Below, piece by piece: positions 41,306 through 51,365 of a DNA stretch of 64,000 bases. Numbering within the stretch: position 1 is the stretch's first letter; each line of letters opens with the position of its first letter. Source of the DNA: an uncultured Gammaproteobacteria bacterium (GTDB lineage Bacteria > Pseudomonadota > Gammaproteobacteria > Steroidobacterales > Steroidobacteraceae); NCBI GenBank assembly GCA_963787655.1, contig CAWBDY010000005.1, positions 505,495 through 569,494 on the forward strand, read 5' to 3'. The notes beneath the pieces were generated by a model. That model had not been told where the DNA came from. It worked only from the letters and a program-made list of their open reading frames with translations, and searched no databases. The position numbers were made by a program, and so were the translations under genes.

Positions 41306-42603
41306 GTGCGTGCGGGCTGTTCGCGGCTCGGGTCGACCAGGAGCCAGGTGACGGCGGCCACCACGGCGAAGGCCGCGCCGATGAGGAATGCCGCCGTCCA
41401 GGCGTGATGCCCGGAGAGGTAGGCCACGATCGGAGTGGCGATCAGACCGCCGGCGTTGCCGCCGGTATTGAGAAGCCCGGAGGCAGCCATGGCGTCGCCG
41501 CGCCCCACGTGCATGATGGCGGCCCAGTAGGGTCCCTCGTTCACCTCGACGGCGGCAAAGCACAGAGCGAGTGCGAGGACTGCCAGGTAGGCGTTGGCGG
41601 CATCGACGGCTGCGAACTGCAGCACGCCGGCGGCCGGCAGCGACAGCAGCGGAATGATGCGCAGGCCCTTGCGCACGCCATAGCGGGCCGTGAAGACGCT
41701 GGCGAGCTTGCCGCCCACACCGGCGCCGATCGCGGCCGCAAGCGGCGGAGTGCCGGCCAGCCAGCCGCCTTCGAGCACCGTGAAGTGCCGCTCCTGCACG
41801 AGGTACAGGAAGCACCAGTTGGCGAGCAGGTAGTAGACGTAGTTCATGCACAGGTAGGACGCGGTCAGCGTCAGCACGTCGCGGTTCCTGAGCAGCTCGC
41901 CGACGCGCTGCCAGGAAATGGAGGAATCGATGTCGGCCGCGCGGTGCGCGCCGAGCTCGGCCAGCTCGGCGGCGCTCACCGCCGGGTGCTGCGCCGGGGT
42001 GTCGCGCCCGTACCAGGCCCAGCCGGCAATCAGCAGCACGGCGGGCAGGGCGGTCCACAGCAGCGCCCGCTGCCAGTCGAAGGCTGACATGAGCCAGGCG
42101 ATGAGCGGCGGAGTGAGGGCGGCGCCCAGGCCGAGTCCCATGCTCTGCAGCCCCTGCACCAGCGGCCATTGGGCCGGGGTGAACCAGGTCTCGAAGACGC
42201 CGGCCGACAGCGGGAAGATCGGCCCCTGGGCCGCTCCCAGCAGCAGTTGCGCGGCGCATAACAGCACCAGCAGCGCGCCACCGGTCAGCAGCAGCGGTGC
42301 GAGCGGCGTCACGACGGTGGCCGCGAAGGCGATCAGGCTGATGATGACGAACATGCGCCGTGCGCCGATGCGCTGGCCGAGCACGCCGCCGGGGAACTGC
42401 ATGACGGTGTAGCCGATCAGCATGGCCGTTTCCAGCCAGCCGATCTGCATCTGGCTCAGCCCCAGCCGCGGCATCATCTGATAGCTGGCGATGGTTATGC
42501 CGCGCTGCTGTACGTAGGCGATGAAACCGAAGCCGAAGAGGAAGGCGAAGATCTTCCAGCGTACCCGTACGCGCGGTGCCGCCGCCGTGCGCGGCGCAGA
42601 GCT
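41302..42603 (-). pseudogene. MFS transporter; the 5' end lacks an in-frame start codon
   Basis: ORF 41302..42477 starts at MMPRLGLSQMQIGWLE. The in-frame upstream codons encode the expected first helix (RWKIFAFLFGFGFIAYVQQRGITIASYQ), but I found no ATG, GTG or TTG back to the TGA of the upstream gene at 42604. A GTG exists only in another frame. Confidence 0.7.
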
Positions 42604-43755
42604 TCACGTCACCTCGGCCGCATCGCCGATGCGTTCCATGACGTAACGACGCACGTCGAGGTTGAAGTCTTCCATGGGCGCGTAAAAGCCGCGTTGGTGC
42701 ACGCGCGCACTGATGCCCTGCTGCACCAGCTCGCAGATGGCCCAGTCCTGGCGATTGACCAGGTCCCAGAACGCGGTGGTGTCGCTGGCGTCGAAATCGC
42801 TCTTGGCCATCTCGTACGGCTCGAACAGGAAATGGCACACGATGCTGGTGTGGGCCGCGCCGCGCGGCTGCAGCAGGAAGATCGCCACGTGATCGCAGGC
42901 GAGGCTGATGAACAGGTTCGGATAGACCAGCTCGCCCTTGTGACGCACGCGCTCATCCTCGTTGAGCGAGGGAAAAGCACGGCGGCGGGTGGTTCCCGAG
43001 GCGGTAAAGGTGTACGCGCCGGCACGGTGCGGAATGCCACGTGCCCAGTCGAGTTGCGCGCCGCCGCGCTCGCGGAACGCCGGCACCACCTCGCACAGCT
43101 CCGGATGCACCCCGGCGCAGTGGTAGCACTCGTTGTAGTTCTCGCAGATCACCTTCCAGTTGGCGGCCACCTCGTAGCGGATGCTATGGCCGATGCGCAG
43201 CTCGGCGAGCGGATAACGCTCGATGCGCGCCGGCACCGCGCCGAGCTGCTGCGCCAGCGGCGCCGCGGCCGAGGGCGTCAGGTGCACGAAGACGAAGCCG
43301 CCCCAGCAGGCGAGCCCGACCGGATAGAGACTGAACTGCGTCGCATCGAAGGAGTCCCCGGTGGTGAGATGCGGCGCGGCGATCAGCCGCCCGTCAAAAT
43401 CGTAGGTCCACTGGTGATAGGGGCAGGTGATGCGGCCGGCCGCGATGCCGCCCGGCAGACGCACGGCGGCTCCGGCCGGCGCGGTATCGCGGCACAGCCG
43501 TGCGCCGCGATGGCGGCAGACGTTGTAGAAGGCGTGCAGCTCGTTGCCGCGGTTGCGCAGCAGCAGGATGCTCTCGCCGAGGACGTCGAGCATGCGCCAG
43601 GCGCCGGGTTCCGCCAGCTCCTCTTCGCGCGCGACGCACAGCCACTCGCGGCAGAAGATGCGCTCCTTCTCGAGCGCAAACATCCGCTCCGAGCGGTACC
43701 AGCTCGAGGGCAGCGCCGGCTCGAGTCCCGACACGGCAGGCGGCAGCTGACTCAC
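42604..43755 (-). CDS. Rieske [2Fe-2S] non-haem-iron oxygenase, alpha-subunit type
   Basis: Rieske motif CRHRGARL...CPYHQW. The catalytic domain carries NYNECYHC. Its start overlaps the upstream gene stop by 4 nt. Confidence 0.85.
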   Translation of the reverse strand: MSQLPPAVSGLEPALPSSWYRSERMFALEKERIFCREWLCVAREEELAEPGAWRMLDVLGESILLLRNRGNELHAFYNVCRHRGARLCRDTAPAGAAVRLPGGIAAGRITCPYHQWTYDFDGRLIAAPHLTTGDSFDATQFSLYPVGLACWGGFVFVHLTPSAAAPLAQQLGAVPARIERYPLAELRIGHSIRYEVAANWKVICENYNECYHCAGVHPELCEVVPAFRERGGAQLDWARGIPHRAGAYTFTASGTTRRRAFPSLNEDERVRHKGELVYPNLFISLACDHVAIFLLQPRGAAHTSIVCHFLFEPYEMAKSDFDASDTTAFWDLVNRQDWAICELVQQGISARVHQRGFYAPMEDFNLDVRRYVMERIGDAAEVT

Positions 43756-45825
43756 GCCGGCCTCGCCAGCGGCGCGTCGCGCCGCGCGGCGGCGGCGAGC
43801 GGCTCGGCCTCCAGTTCGCGCGCGAAGCGGTGGCCACTGTAGACGGCGTGCACGATCGCGCCGGGGGCCAGCGCATCGCCGATGCGCGTGACGGACTTGA
43901 TACCGGCAGCGCTGAGCTCGGCGCCGCGACTGCTGAGCTGTGCGTACAGGCCATCATTGCCAAAGCGCGCGCCGACGATGACGAGCGCGGCGCAGGGCAG
44001 ACGCGTGACCGCGCTGGTGAACTGGTTGCTGAGCTCGACCTCGCCGGCGGCAAACCCAGTCACGCGATTCAAGGTGTGCAGCGCGATGCCGGCGCCAAAG
44101 AGCGCGCGGTGCACCTGCGGCTGCTCGTTGCTCATGATGGCCCAGGCGGAGGCGTGGCCGGCCGGAGTCACGTAGCTCACCTGCTGGCCGCCCCTGGCCA
44201 GATGTTCGGCGAGCACGCTGCCCATGTAATAGTTGTCGAAGTCGTAGACGACGATCGGGCCTGCCAGGTGCGCGCCGGCGGCCACATCGTCGGGCGTGAA
44301 CACGTTCGGACCATCGAGTGTGCCCAGCGGAATCTCGAGCGGGGAATAGAGCATACGCGCCCAGCGCGCGCCGGTGGCGATCACCACGTGGGTGTTGCCC
44401 AGTTCCACGATCTCATCGGCCGTCAGGCGATTGCCGCGGTACACGGTTACGTTCGGCAGTTTCTCCAGCTGGCCGCGCCGCCAGTCGAGCACCCGTCCCC
44501 AGCTGGCAAGCCCGGGCAGGCGCGTCTCGAAGCGCAGGCGCCCGCCGAGTTCGTCGGCCGCTTCGGCGACTGCGACCTCGTAACCGCGCCGCCCGAGCGA
44601 CAGTGCGCACTCGAGCCCGGCAGGCCCTGCGCCCACCACCAGCACGGTGGCGGCGCTGGCGGCCGGCGCGATGACGCTCGGGATGCCAGCCGCGGCGCCA
44701 CTCCTCACCGATCGTGGGGTTCTGCGTGCAGCGCACCGGCACGCCGTCGTGCCAGCTCGAGATGCAGATGTTGCAGCCGATACACTCGCGGATGTCCTGC
44801 TCGCGGCCTGTGTCGATCTTGTGCGGCAGGAAAGGGTCCGCGATCGAGGGGCGCGCGGCGCCGATGAGGTCCAGCACGCCGCGCCGGATCTGACTCGCCA
44901 TGGTATCGGGCGAGGTGAAGCGGCCGACGCCGACGACCGGCTTTTTCGTGACCTGCTTGACGAACCCGATGATCGGCTCGTGGCTGCCTTCCGCGGCGAA
45001 GCGCGACGGCGCGCAGTCGGTGGGTGAGGAGTCGAGCTTCACGTCCCACAGATCCGGCAGGTCGGCGAGCAGGCCCACCACTTCGTGCGCCTCGGAAGGG
45101 GCGCTGGTACCGGGGCGGGCGCGCAGCTCCTCGAGGCTGATGCGCAGCGCCACGGCGCAGCGTCCGGCGACCGCCTCGTGCGTCACCTCCAGGAGCTCGC
45201 GCACGATGCGCACGCGGTTGGCGAGGCTGCCGCCGTAGGCATCCGTGCGCTGATTCCACTCCGGCAGCAGGAACTCGTAGGGCAGATAGCCCATGCCGGC
45301 ATAGACGTAGACGATGTCGAAGCCGGCGCTGCGCGCCCGGCGCGCCGCCTGCGCCTGGCTGGCCAGCAGCGCGCGGATGTCGGCGGCGTCCATGACCTTG
45401 GGGCGCTGGTTGCCCATGAAGTTGACGTGGGTCGCCATCCACGAGGTGCCCGACGGCGACAGCGGCGGGGTGCGGGTGGTGCGGTTCATGACCGAACCGC
45501 CGCCGTGCCACAGCTCGATGCCGGCCAGCGCGCCGTAGCGGTGCACCGCCTCGGTCATGAGGGCGTGCGAGCGGATATCGTCGTCGTCCCACAGGGTCGC
45601 GAAAGGCAGCGGCGCATCGTCGGAGGTCGGGTCGATGGAGACGTAGCCGCTGCACACGACGCCCCAGCCGCCTTCCGCCTTGGTGCCGCGGAAGCTGGCG
45701 CGCATGTGCGGCATGGCATTGGTCATGCCGGCGGCGTGCGGCACGGCGTAGAAGCGATTGCGTGCCGTGACCGGACCGATGCGCACCGGCTCGAACAGGA
45801 TGTCGTATCGCGGGTTGCGGGCCAT
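43752..45825 (-). pseudogene. TMADH / N-methylproline-demethylase-like FMN, [4Fe-4S] and ADP-binding flavoprotein, frameshift near 44675
   Basis: ORF 44413..46218 from MARNPRYDILFEPVRIGP carries the OYE-like barrel and the cluster CIGCNICISS...C, ending EEWRRGWHPE. ORF 43752..44708 continues with IAPAASAATVLVVGAGPAGLE. The junction reads CGT-C-ATC. Confidence 0.8.
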
Positions 45826-45973
45826 GCCTCGGGCGAGTCTGCCCGTACTTGAGCGTATGTTCAATAGTGAGGAGAATCGCCGCCGCGGCGTCACGGCAAA
45901 GGCGGGCGCGTGCCGCGCCTGCTCGCTATGCTGGCCCGCCGGAAGTTCGCCACCGAGCCACGAGGACGCGCGC

Positions 45974-48787
45974 ATGCGCCACAAGTTTCTTGCTCTGCTG
46001 CTGCTGTTCTTCATCGTGCCGCGCGTCGTCATGGCGCAGGCGCCCGCGGCCGACACGCCCGAACCCGGCTCCGCCGAGGAGATCGCGCGGGCCACCACCG
46101 AGCCGCGCTTTCTGTCGCCGTGGGTGGCGTCCCTGCCGCTGTCCGCCGCAGTCGTGTCGCCGCGCACCTTCCTGCACCGCATCCCCGGCGCACCGGGCGA
46201 GCTGGTCGACTCCGCCACCGCTTTCGCCTACTGCCGCGCACTCGCGGCGTCCTCGCCGCGTGTGCGCCTGTTCACCATCGGTCGCTCGGAGGAGGGGCGC
46301 GACATCGTCATGCTCGCCATCGCCGACGAGCAGGGCATCGCCGACCTCGAGCGCCTGCGGGCGGCGACCGCCGCGCTGAGCGATGCGCGCAAGACCGACG
46401 AGCAGGCGGCCGCGAGCATCGTCGCCACGGCGCGGCCGATCTACTACCTCAACGCCGGGCTGCACTCCGATGAAACCGGCTCGACCGAGTCGGTGCTGGA
46501 GCTCGCCTATCGCCTCGCGGTCTCCGAGCAACCGATGATCCAGCGCATCCGCTCAAGCCTCGTGGTGCTGATCAATCCGGTCGCCAATCCCGACGGCCGC
46601 GACAAGCAGGTGCAGTGGTTCTACCGCTACCTGAAGGGCAAGACCGAGCAGGGGACACTGCCGCGCCAGGCGCCGCCCTACTGGTCCAAGTACGCGTTCG
46701 TGGACATCAACCGCGACGCCCACCAGCAGGTGCACGAAACCACCAAGGCGGTGTTCCACATGCTGTTCGCCTGGCATCCGCAGGTGATCCATGATCTGCA
46801 CGAAAGCATTGCGCTGCTGCTCACCTGGAACGGCACCAATCCCATCAACGAACACGTCGACCCGCTCACCTATGCCGAGCGGCTCGAGCTCAGTTTCCAC
46901 GAAGTCCAGACGCTCACCGGCTTCGGCATGCCTGGCGTGTGGACCTGGAATTTCGGCGACGACTGGGCGCATCTGTACCTGGATTCGATCGCCACCAATC
47001 ACAACGCCGACGGCCGCGGCTACGAGACCTTCGGCAACGGCAGCGCCGAGACCATGCGGTCGCAGCAGCCGGGCGCGGGTCGCGACGGCACGGTGGAGTG
47101 GTATCGCCCGCTGCCCTCGCCGCCGACGAACTCGTTCCTCTGGTCGGCGCGCGACAACGTCAACTACAACGAGACCGCGCTGCTTGCGGCCCTCGATGAC
47201 ACCGCCGCGCAGGCGAAGACCCTGCTCCACAACTACTATACGAAGAGCGCGCATTCCTACCGCCGCGGCCTCGAGCAGGCACCCTACGGCTTCGTGATTC
47301 CCGCCGGCCAGGGTGATCCCACCCGTGTCGCCCAGCTGGTGGAGCGACTGCTGTCGCTCGGCATCGAGGTGCAGCGCGCCACGGCGGCCTTCACGCTCAA
47401 GGAGGGGAGTTATCCGGCCGGCACCTACCTGGTGCGGCTCGATCAGCCCTACCGCGACTACGCCGTCGATCTGCTGTCCCTGCAGGAGTATCCGAAGGAC
47501 GGTCCCGAGGCTTACGACGACGTGTCGTGGTCGTTTCCGGCGCACTATCACCTGACGGTCACGGCGAGCGCCGACCCACAGGTGCGCAGCGTGAGCGCCG
47601 AGCAGCTGCAGGCGGCCCCGCACGTCAGCGGTGCCGTGAGCGGATCGGGCCCCGCATTCGTGCTGAAGGACACCGGCCAGGAGGGACTGCTGGAGGCGCG
47701 CTGGGTGCTTGCCAGGTTCCACGTGGCCATCGCCGAGCACCCCTTCAGCGTCGCCGGCGTGGACTACCCCGCCGGTTCGTGGATCCTGGCGGGGCAGCCC
47801 GGTCTTGCCCCCGCGCTGCACTCTGCCGCCACCCAGCTGGGCCTGGATTTCGTGGGACTGGCTGCCGTGCCGGACGTGGCCCGGCACGAGGCGCCGCTGC
47901 CGCGGCTCGGGCTATGGGTGCCGTGGGCCGATACCGACACCGCCGGCTGGGCGCGCTACACCCTCGATCAGCGCCACATTCCCTACAGCTACGTGCGCGA
48001 CGAGGACATCCGCGCCGGCCGACTCAAGGACAAGTACGACGTGCTCGTCTATCCGCACGTCGACCTGGAACTGGCCGAGCAGATCGAGGGCCTGAACAAG
48101 GCGTGGGGGCCGATGCCGTTCAGAAAAACAGCCGCGACGCCGGCCTTCGGCACGCCGGCAGCCTCGGATGACATCACCGGCGGCATCGGCTACGCGGGGC
48201 TTGCCGAACTGCAGAAGTACATCGAGGCCGGGGGACTGCTGATCACGCTCGGCAACGGCTCGATGCTGCCGCTGGAGTCGGGGCTGGTGCGTGGTGTGCG
48301 GCGCGAGGCCGGCGGCGCACCACGCAGTTCGCAGGGCGGCGGCACGGCGGCGGCGGCGGCCGCGGCGAATGCCGAGACCCGTACTCCCGGCTCACACGTG
48401 CGCGTGTCGTTCGCGCGGCCCGACCATCCGATCGCCTACGGCTATGCGCCGCGCACCTGGGTATTCCGGCAGAACTTTGCGCTCTATTCCATTCCGCGCC
48501 GCTGGCTGCGCATGGCCTATTGCACGGTCTGCCTCGACGGGCCGGTCGATCGCAGCGCCATCGTGCTCGAGTGGGGCGATCGCGAGGGCGCGCCGTTCGT
48601 CGTCAGCGGCCAGGCATGGGGCGAGGACGGTCTCATCGGTCGCGCGGCGATCATGGACATGCCCGTCGGCAGGGGGCACGTGATCACTTTCAACTTCAAT
48701 CCCCTGCACCGCGACCTCAATCGCGGCGACGAGCGCCTGTTGTGGAACGCCATCCTCAACTGGCGCGCCATCGTGACGGCGCACTGA
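45974..48787 (+). CDS. Large secreted M14-family zinc carboxypeptidase-like protein
   Basis: Signal peptide MRHKFLALLLLFFIVPRVVMAQA. Motif GLHSDETGS (HxxE zinc site). About 937 aa. Confidence 0.75.
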   Translation: MRHKFLALLLLFFIVPRVVMAQAPAADTPEPGSAEEIARATTEPRFLSPWVASLPLSAAVVSPRTFLHRIPGAPGELVDSATAFAYCRALAASSPRVRLFTIGRSEEGRDIVMLAIADEQGIADLERLRAATAALSDARKTDEQAAASIVATARPIYYLNAGLHSDETGSTESVLELAYRLAVSEQPMIQRIRSSLVVLINPVANPDGRDKQVQWFYRYLKGKTEQGTLPRQAPPYWSKYAFVDINRDAHQQVHETTKAVFHMLFAWHPQVIHDLHESIALLLTWNGTNPINEHVDPLTYAERLELSFHEVQTLTGFGMPGVWTWNFGDDWAHLYLDSIATNHNADGRGYETFGNGSAETMRSQQPGAGRDGTVEWYRPLPSPPTNSFLWSARDNVNYNETALLAALDDTAAQAKTLLHNYYTKSAHSYRRGLEQAPYGFVIPAGQGDPTRVAQLVERLLSLGIEVQRATAAFTLKEGSYPAGTYLVRLDQPYRDYAVDLLSLQEYPKDGPEAYDDVSWSFPAHYHLTVTASADPQVRSVSAEQLQAAPHVSGAVSGSGPAFVLKDTGQEGLLEARWVLARFHVAIAEHPFSVAGVDYPAGSWILAGQPGLAPALHSAATQLGLDFVGLAAVPDVARHEAPLPRLGLWVPWADTDTAGWARYTLDQRHIPYSYVRDEDIRAGRLKDKYDVLVYPHVDLELAEQIEGLNKAWGPMPFRKTAATPAFGTPAASDDITGGIGYAGLAELQKYIEAGGLLITLGNGSMLPLESGLVRGVRREAGGAPRSSQGGGTAAAAAAANAETRTPGSHVRVSFARPDHPIAYGYAPRTWVFRQNFALYSIPRRWLRMAYCTVCLDGPVDRSAIVLEWGDREGAPFVVSGQAWGEDGLIGRAAIMDMPVGRGHVITFNFNPLHRDLNRGDERLLWNAILNWRAIVTAH

Positions 48788-48791
48788 CGGC

Positions 48792-49979
48792 CTAGTTCAG
48801 CAGGCGGTGGTACTTCGCCAGTACCGCGCGCAGCTTGTCGTGCGGCAGGGCTCTGACGTGATGACCGTCGATGCCGGTCATGTCCTCGGCCGCCACCATG
48901 GCATTGTCGATCGCCTCTTCGGTCGCTTCCACGGTTGCGGCAAACAGCGGATCCAGGGAATCGTTCGGCAGCATCTTCACGTCGACCACGTGCTTGATGT
49001 CGCTCGCCCCGGGGTTGGCCGTGGAGAAGGCGATGAAGATATCGCCCGAGCCGTTGCCGGCGATGCTGCCGGTGCGGCCGATGCCGAGCGAGACGCGGCG
49101 GGCGATGCGCTTCAGCTGGTGCGGCAGCAAAGGCGCGTTGGTGGCCACGACGACGATGATCGAGCCGAGCTCGGCATGGTCGGACGGCATCCAGGCGTAC
49201 GGATCGTCGCCCTCGATCTCGCGGCCCACCGGGATGCCGGCGATGCGCAGGTTGGGGCGCCGGCCGTAGTTGCACTGCACGAGCACGCCGAGCACGTAGC
49301 CGCCGTCGGCCGCGGCGAGCTTGCGCGAGGAGGTGCCGATGCCGCCCTTGAAGCCGTTGCAGACCATGCCGGTGCCACCACCCACCGACCCTTCCGCGAC
49401 CTTGCCGGAGGCAGCGCCATCGAGCGCCTGGAAGACGTGCTGCGGCTTGACGTGAAAGCCGTTGATGTCGTTGAGCCAGCCGTCCCAGGTCTCGGCAACC
49501 ACCGGCAGCGACCACCACGATTCGGTGGCGTCGGCGGCACCGTGTGCGACGCGCCAGGCGATCACCGCATCGCGCACCACCCCGACGCTGTGCGTGTTGG
49601 TGATCATCACCGGGCCTTCGAGGAAGCCGGACTCCTCCACCCAGGTGGTGCCGGTCATCTCGCCATTGCCGTTCTCGCTGTACCAGCCGGCGTAGGAGAA
49701 TTGCTGCATGGAAGCTGCGCCGCGCGGCAGCACGGCCGTGACGCCGGTGCGTACCGGGCCGCTGCCGACCACCAGCTTGCCGTTGCCCTCGATCAGCGTC
49801 GTCTGGCCGACGAGGACGCCGTCCACGTCGGTGATGGCATTGAGCGCGCCGGGCGTGCCGTCGAAGGGAATGCCCAGATCGCGGGCGCGCGCACGCGCGC
49901 CGGCATCGCTGGCAGTGGCAGCAGTGGCGCAGGTCAGGAGCAGTGCAAGCACAGTCGCGGTCAGATCCGGGCGCGTCAT
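48792..49979 (-). CDS. P1 (S58, DmpA/BapA-like) aminopeptidase family protein, secreted
   Basis: Signal peptide present. Pattern seen: NAITDVDGVLVGQTTL, VRTGVTAVLP, GGGTGMVCNGFKGGIGTSS, which includes the self-processing site region. Confidence 0.8.
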   Translation of the reverse strand: MTRPDLTATVLALLLTCATAATASDAGARARARDLGIPFDGTPGALNAITDVDGVLVGQTTLIEGNGKLVVGSGPVRTGVTAVLPRGAASMQQFSYAGWYSENGNGEMTGTTWVEESGFLEGPVMITNTHSVGVVRDAVIAWRVAHGAADATESWWSLPVVAETWDGWLNDINGFHVKPQHVFQALDGAASGKVAEGSVGGGTGMVCNGFKGGIGTSSRKLAAADGGYVLGVLVQCNYGRRPNLRIAGIPVGREIEGDDPYAWMPSDHAELGSIIVVVATNAPLLPHQLKRIARRVSLGIGRTGSIAGNGSGDIFIAFSTANPGASDIKHVVDVKMLPNDSLDPLFAATVEATEEAIDNAMVAAEDMTGIDGHHVRALPHDKLRAVLAKYHRLLN

Positions 49980-50013
49980 GATTGGCCTCGCATCGGCAGA
50001 AGTTGGCGGCTGC

Positions 50014-51351
50014 TCAGGCGCGGGCCGCAAGTGCGCCGCCGCGCACATGCGCGTACCACCAGTACACCGGCACGCCGACGGCGCTCAGCGCCGCGGCCCA
50101 CAGCAGCGATTTGGTGCCGATGCCGATCGACACCCACGCGCAGTACACGGTGGCGAACAGCGCGGCTGCGTACCAGCGCGCTTCGCGCGGCCCCGGCCGC
50201 GGGATCTCGCCGCGCCGCCACAGCACCAGCACGGCCAGCGCGCAGCCTATGTAGGCGGGCAGGTTGGCGGCCGTGACCACGACACTTAAGAAGGTGAATA
50301 CCCCGGCCATGGAGTCGTTGTAATTGGTGATCAGCATGACGCTCGCGGCGATGCCGGTGAGCACGAACGCCGGCAGCGGCGCGCCGTGGGAATTGACCCG
50401 GCCCATCGCCGGCGGAAAGCCGCCGTGACGGGCGAAGCTCAAGGTGAGCTCGCCCAGCACCAGGGTCCAGCCGTTGAGTGCGCCCAGCCCGCTGACGATG
50501 ATGAAAGCCGCCAGCACCTTGCTGGAGCCGTTGCCGAGGAAGCGCGCGAACAGGTCGGCGAACGGCGCGCTGGAGTTCGCCAGCTCGTTCTGCGGAATCA
50601 GCAGCATCGGCACGAACGAGATGCAGATATAGATGAGTGCCACGACCAGCGTGCCGATGAAGGTCGCGCGCGGGATCGTGCGGCCCGGATCCTTGACGCG
50701 GCCCGCCGGCATCGCCGCGCATTCCACACCGAGCATGGCAAACAGCGCGAGCGTCGAGGCGGCGATGACACCGGGCAGCGATACCGGGGTGGTCGGCAGG
50801 TGCACGAGCGGCTGCGGGTGCGGCGCCAGCAGCGCCCACAGACCGAGCGCCACGATGCCGACCTGCGGCAGCAGCTTCAGCACGGTGCTCAGCAGCTGCA
50901 CCCAGCCGGCGGTGCGCACGCCGCGCAGGTTGATCAGTATGAACAGCCACAGCAGCGACAGGGCGGAAACCGCGGCGAGCCAGCGATTGACGTTGAGGAT
51001 CGGAAAGAAGATCGACAGGTAGCCGACCACACCGATGGCAATGACGGCATTGGTGACCCAGGTGGAGACCCAATAGCACCACAGCATCACGAAGGCGACG
51101 CCGCCGCCGAAGGCGCGGCTGGCGTAGGCGTACGGCCCGTCATCATCCGGAAAGGCGCGGGCGAGACCTGCGAATACCCAGGCGACGAAGGTGCAGCCGA
51201 CCGCCGTGATCAGCCAGGCGGGCAGGGCGTTCATGCCGTAGGGCGCCAGCGCCGCCGGCATCATGAAGATGCCGATGCCGATCGTGTTGCCGACCAACAG
51301 GGCCGTGCACATCACCAGTCCGAGGACGCGGGGTTCGCTGGCAGTAGGCAT
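50014..51351 (-). CDS. APC-family amino acid/polyamine permease
   Basis: 12 TM helices. N-terminus LGLVMCTALLVGNTIGIGIFMMPAALAPYG. Confidence 0.85.
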   Translation of the reverse strand: MPTASEPRVLGLVMCTALLVGNTIGIGIFMMPAALAPYGMNALPAWLITAVGCTFVAWVFAGLARAFPDDDGPYAYASRAFGGGVAFVMLWCYWVSTWVTNAVIAIGVVGYLSIFFPILNVNRWLAAVSALSLLWLFILINLRGVRTAGWVQLLSTVLKLLPQVGIVALGLWALLAPHPQPLVHLPTTPVSLPGVIAASTLALFAMLGVECAAMPAGRVKDPGRTIPRATFIGTLVVALIYICISFVPMLLIPQNELANSSAPFADLFARFLGNGSSKVLAAFIIVSGLGALNGWTLVLGELTLSFARHGGFPPAMGRVNSHGAPLPAFVLTGIAASVMLITNYNDSMAGVFTFLSVVVTAANLPAYIGCALAVLVLWRRGEIPRPGPREARWYAAALFATVYCAWVSIGIGTKSLLWAAALSAVGVPVYWWYAHVRGGALAARA

Positions 51352-51365
51352 GCGCTGTGTTCCCT

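Noticed and set aside
48330-48375. GGC/GCG-rich repeats here and at about 25300-25400. I considered whether they were tandem repeats or CRISPR-like.
   Set aside because: They are in-frame Gly/Ala/Pro low-complexity linkers inside the M14 and OpgH ORFs, with no repeat-spacer periodicity.
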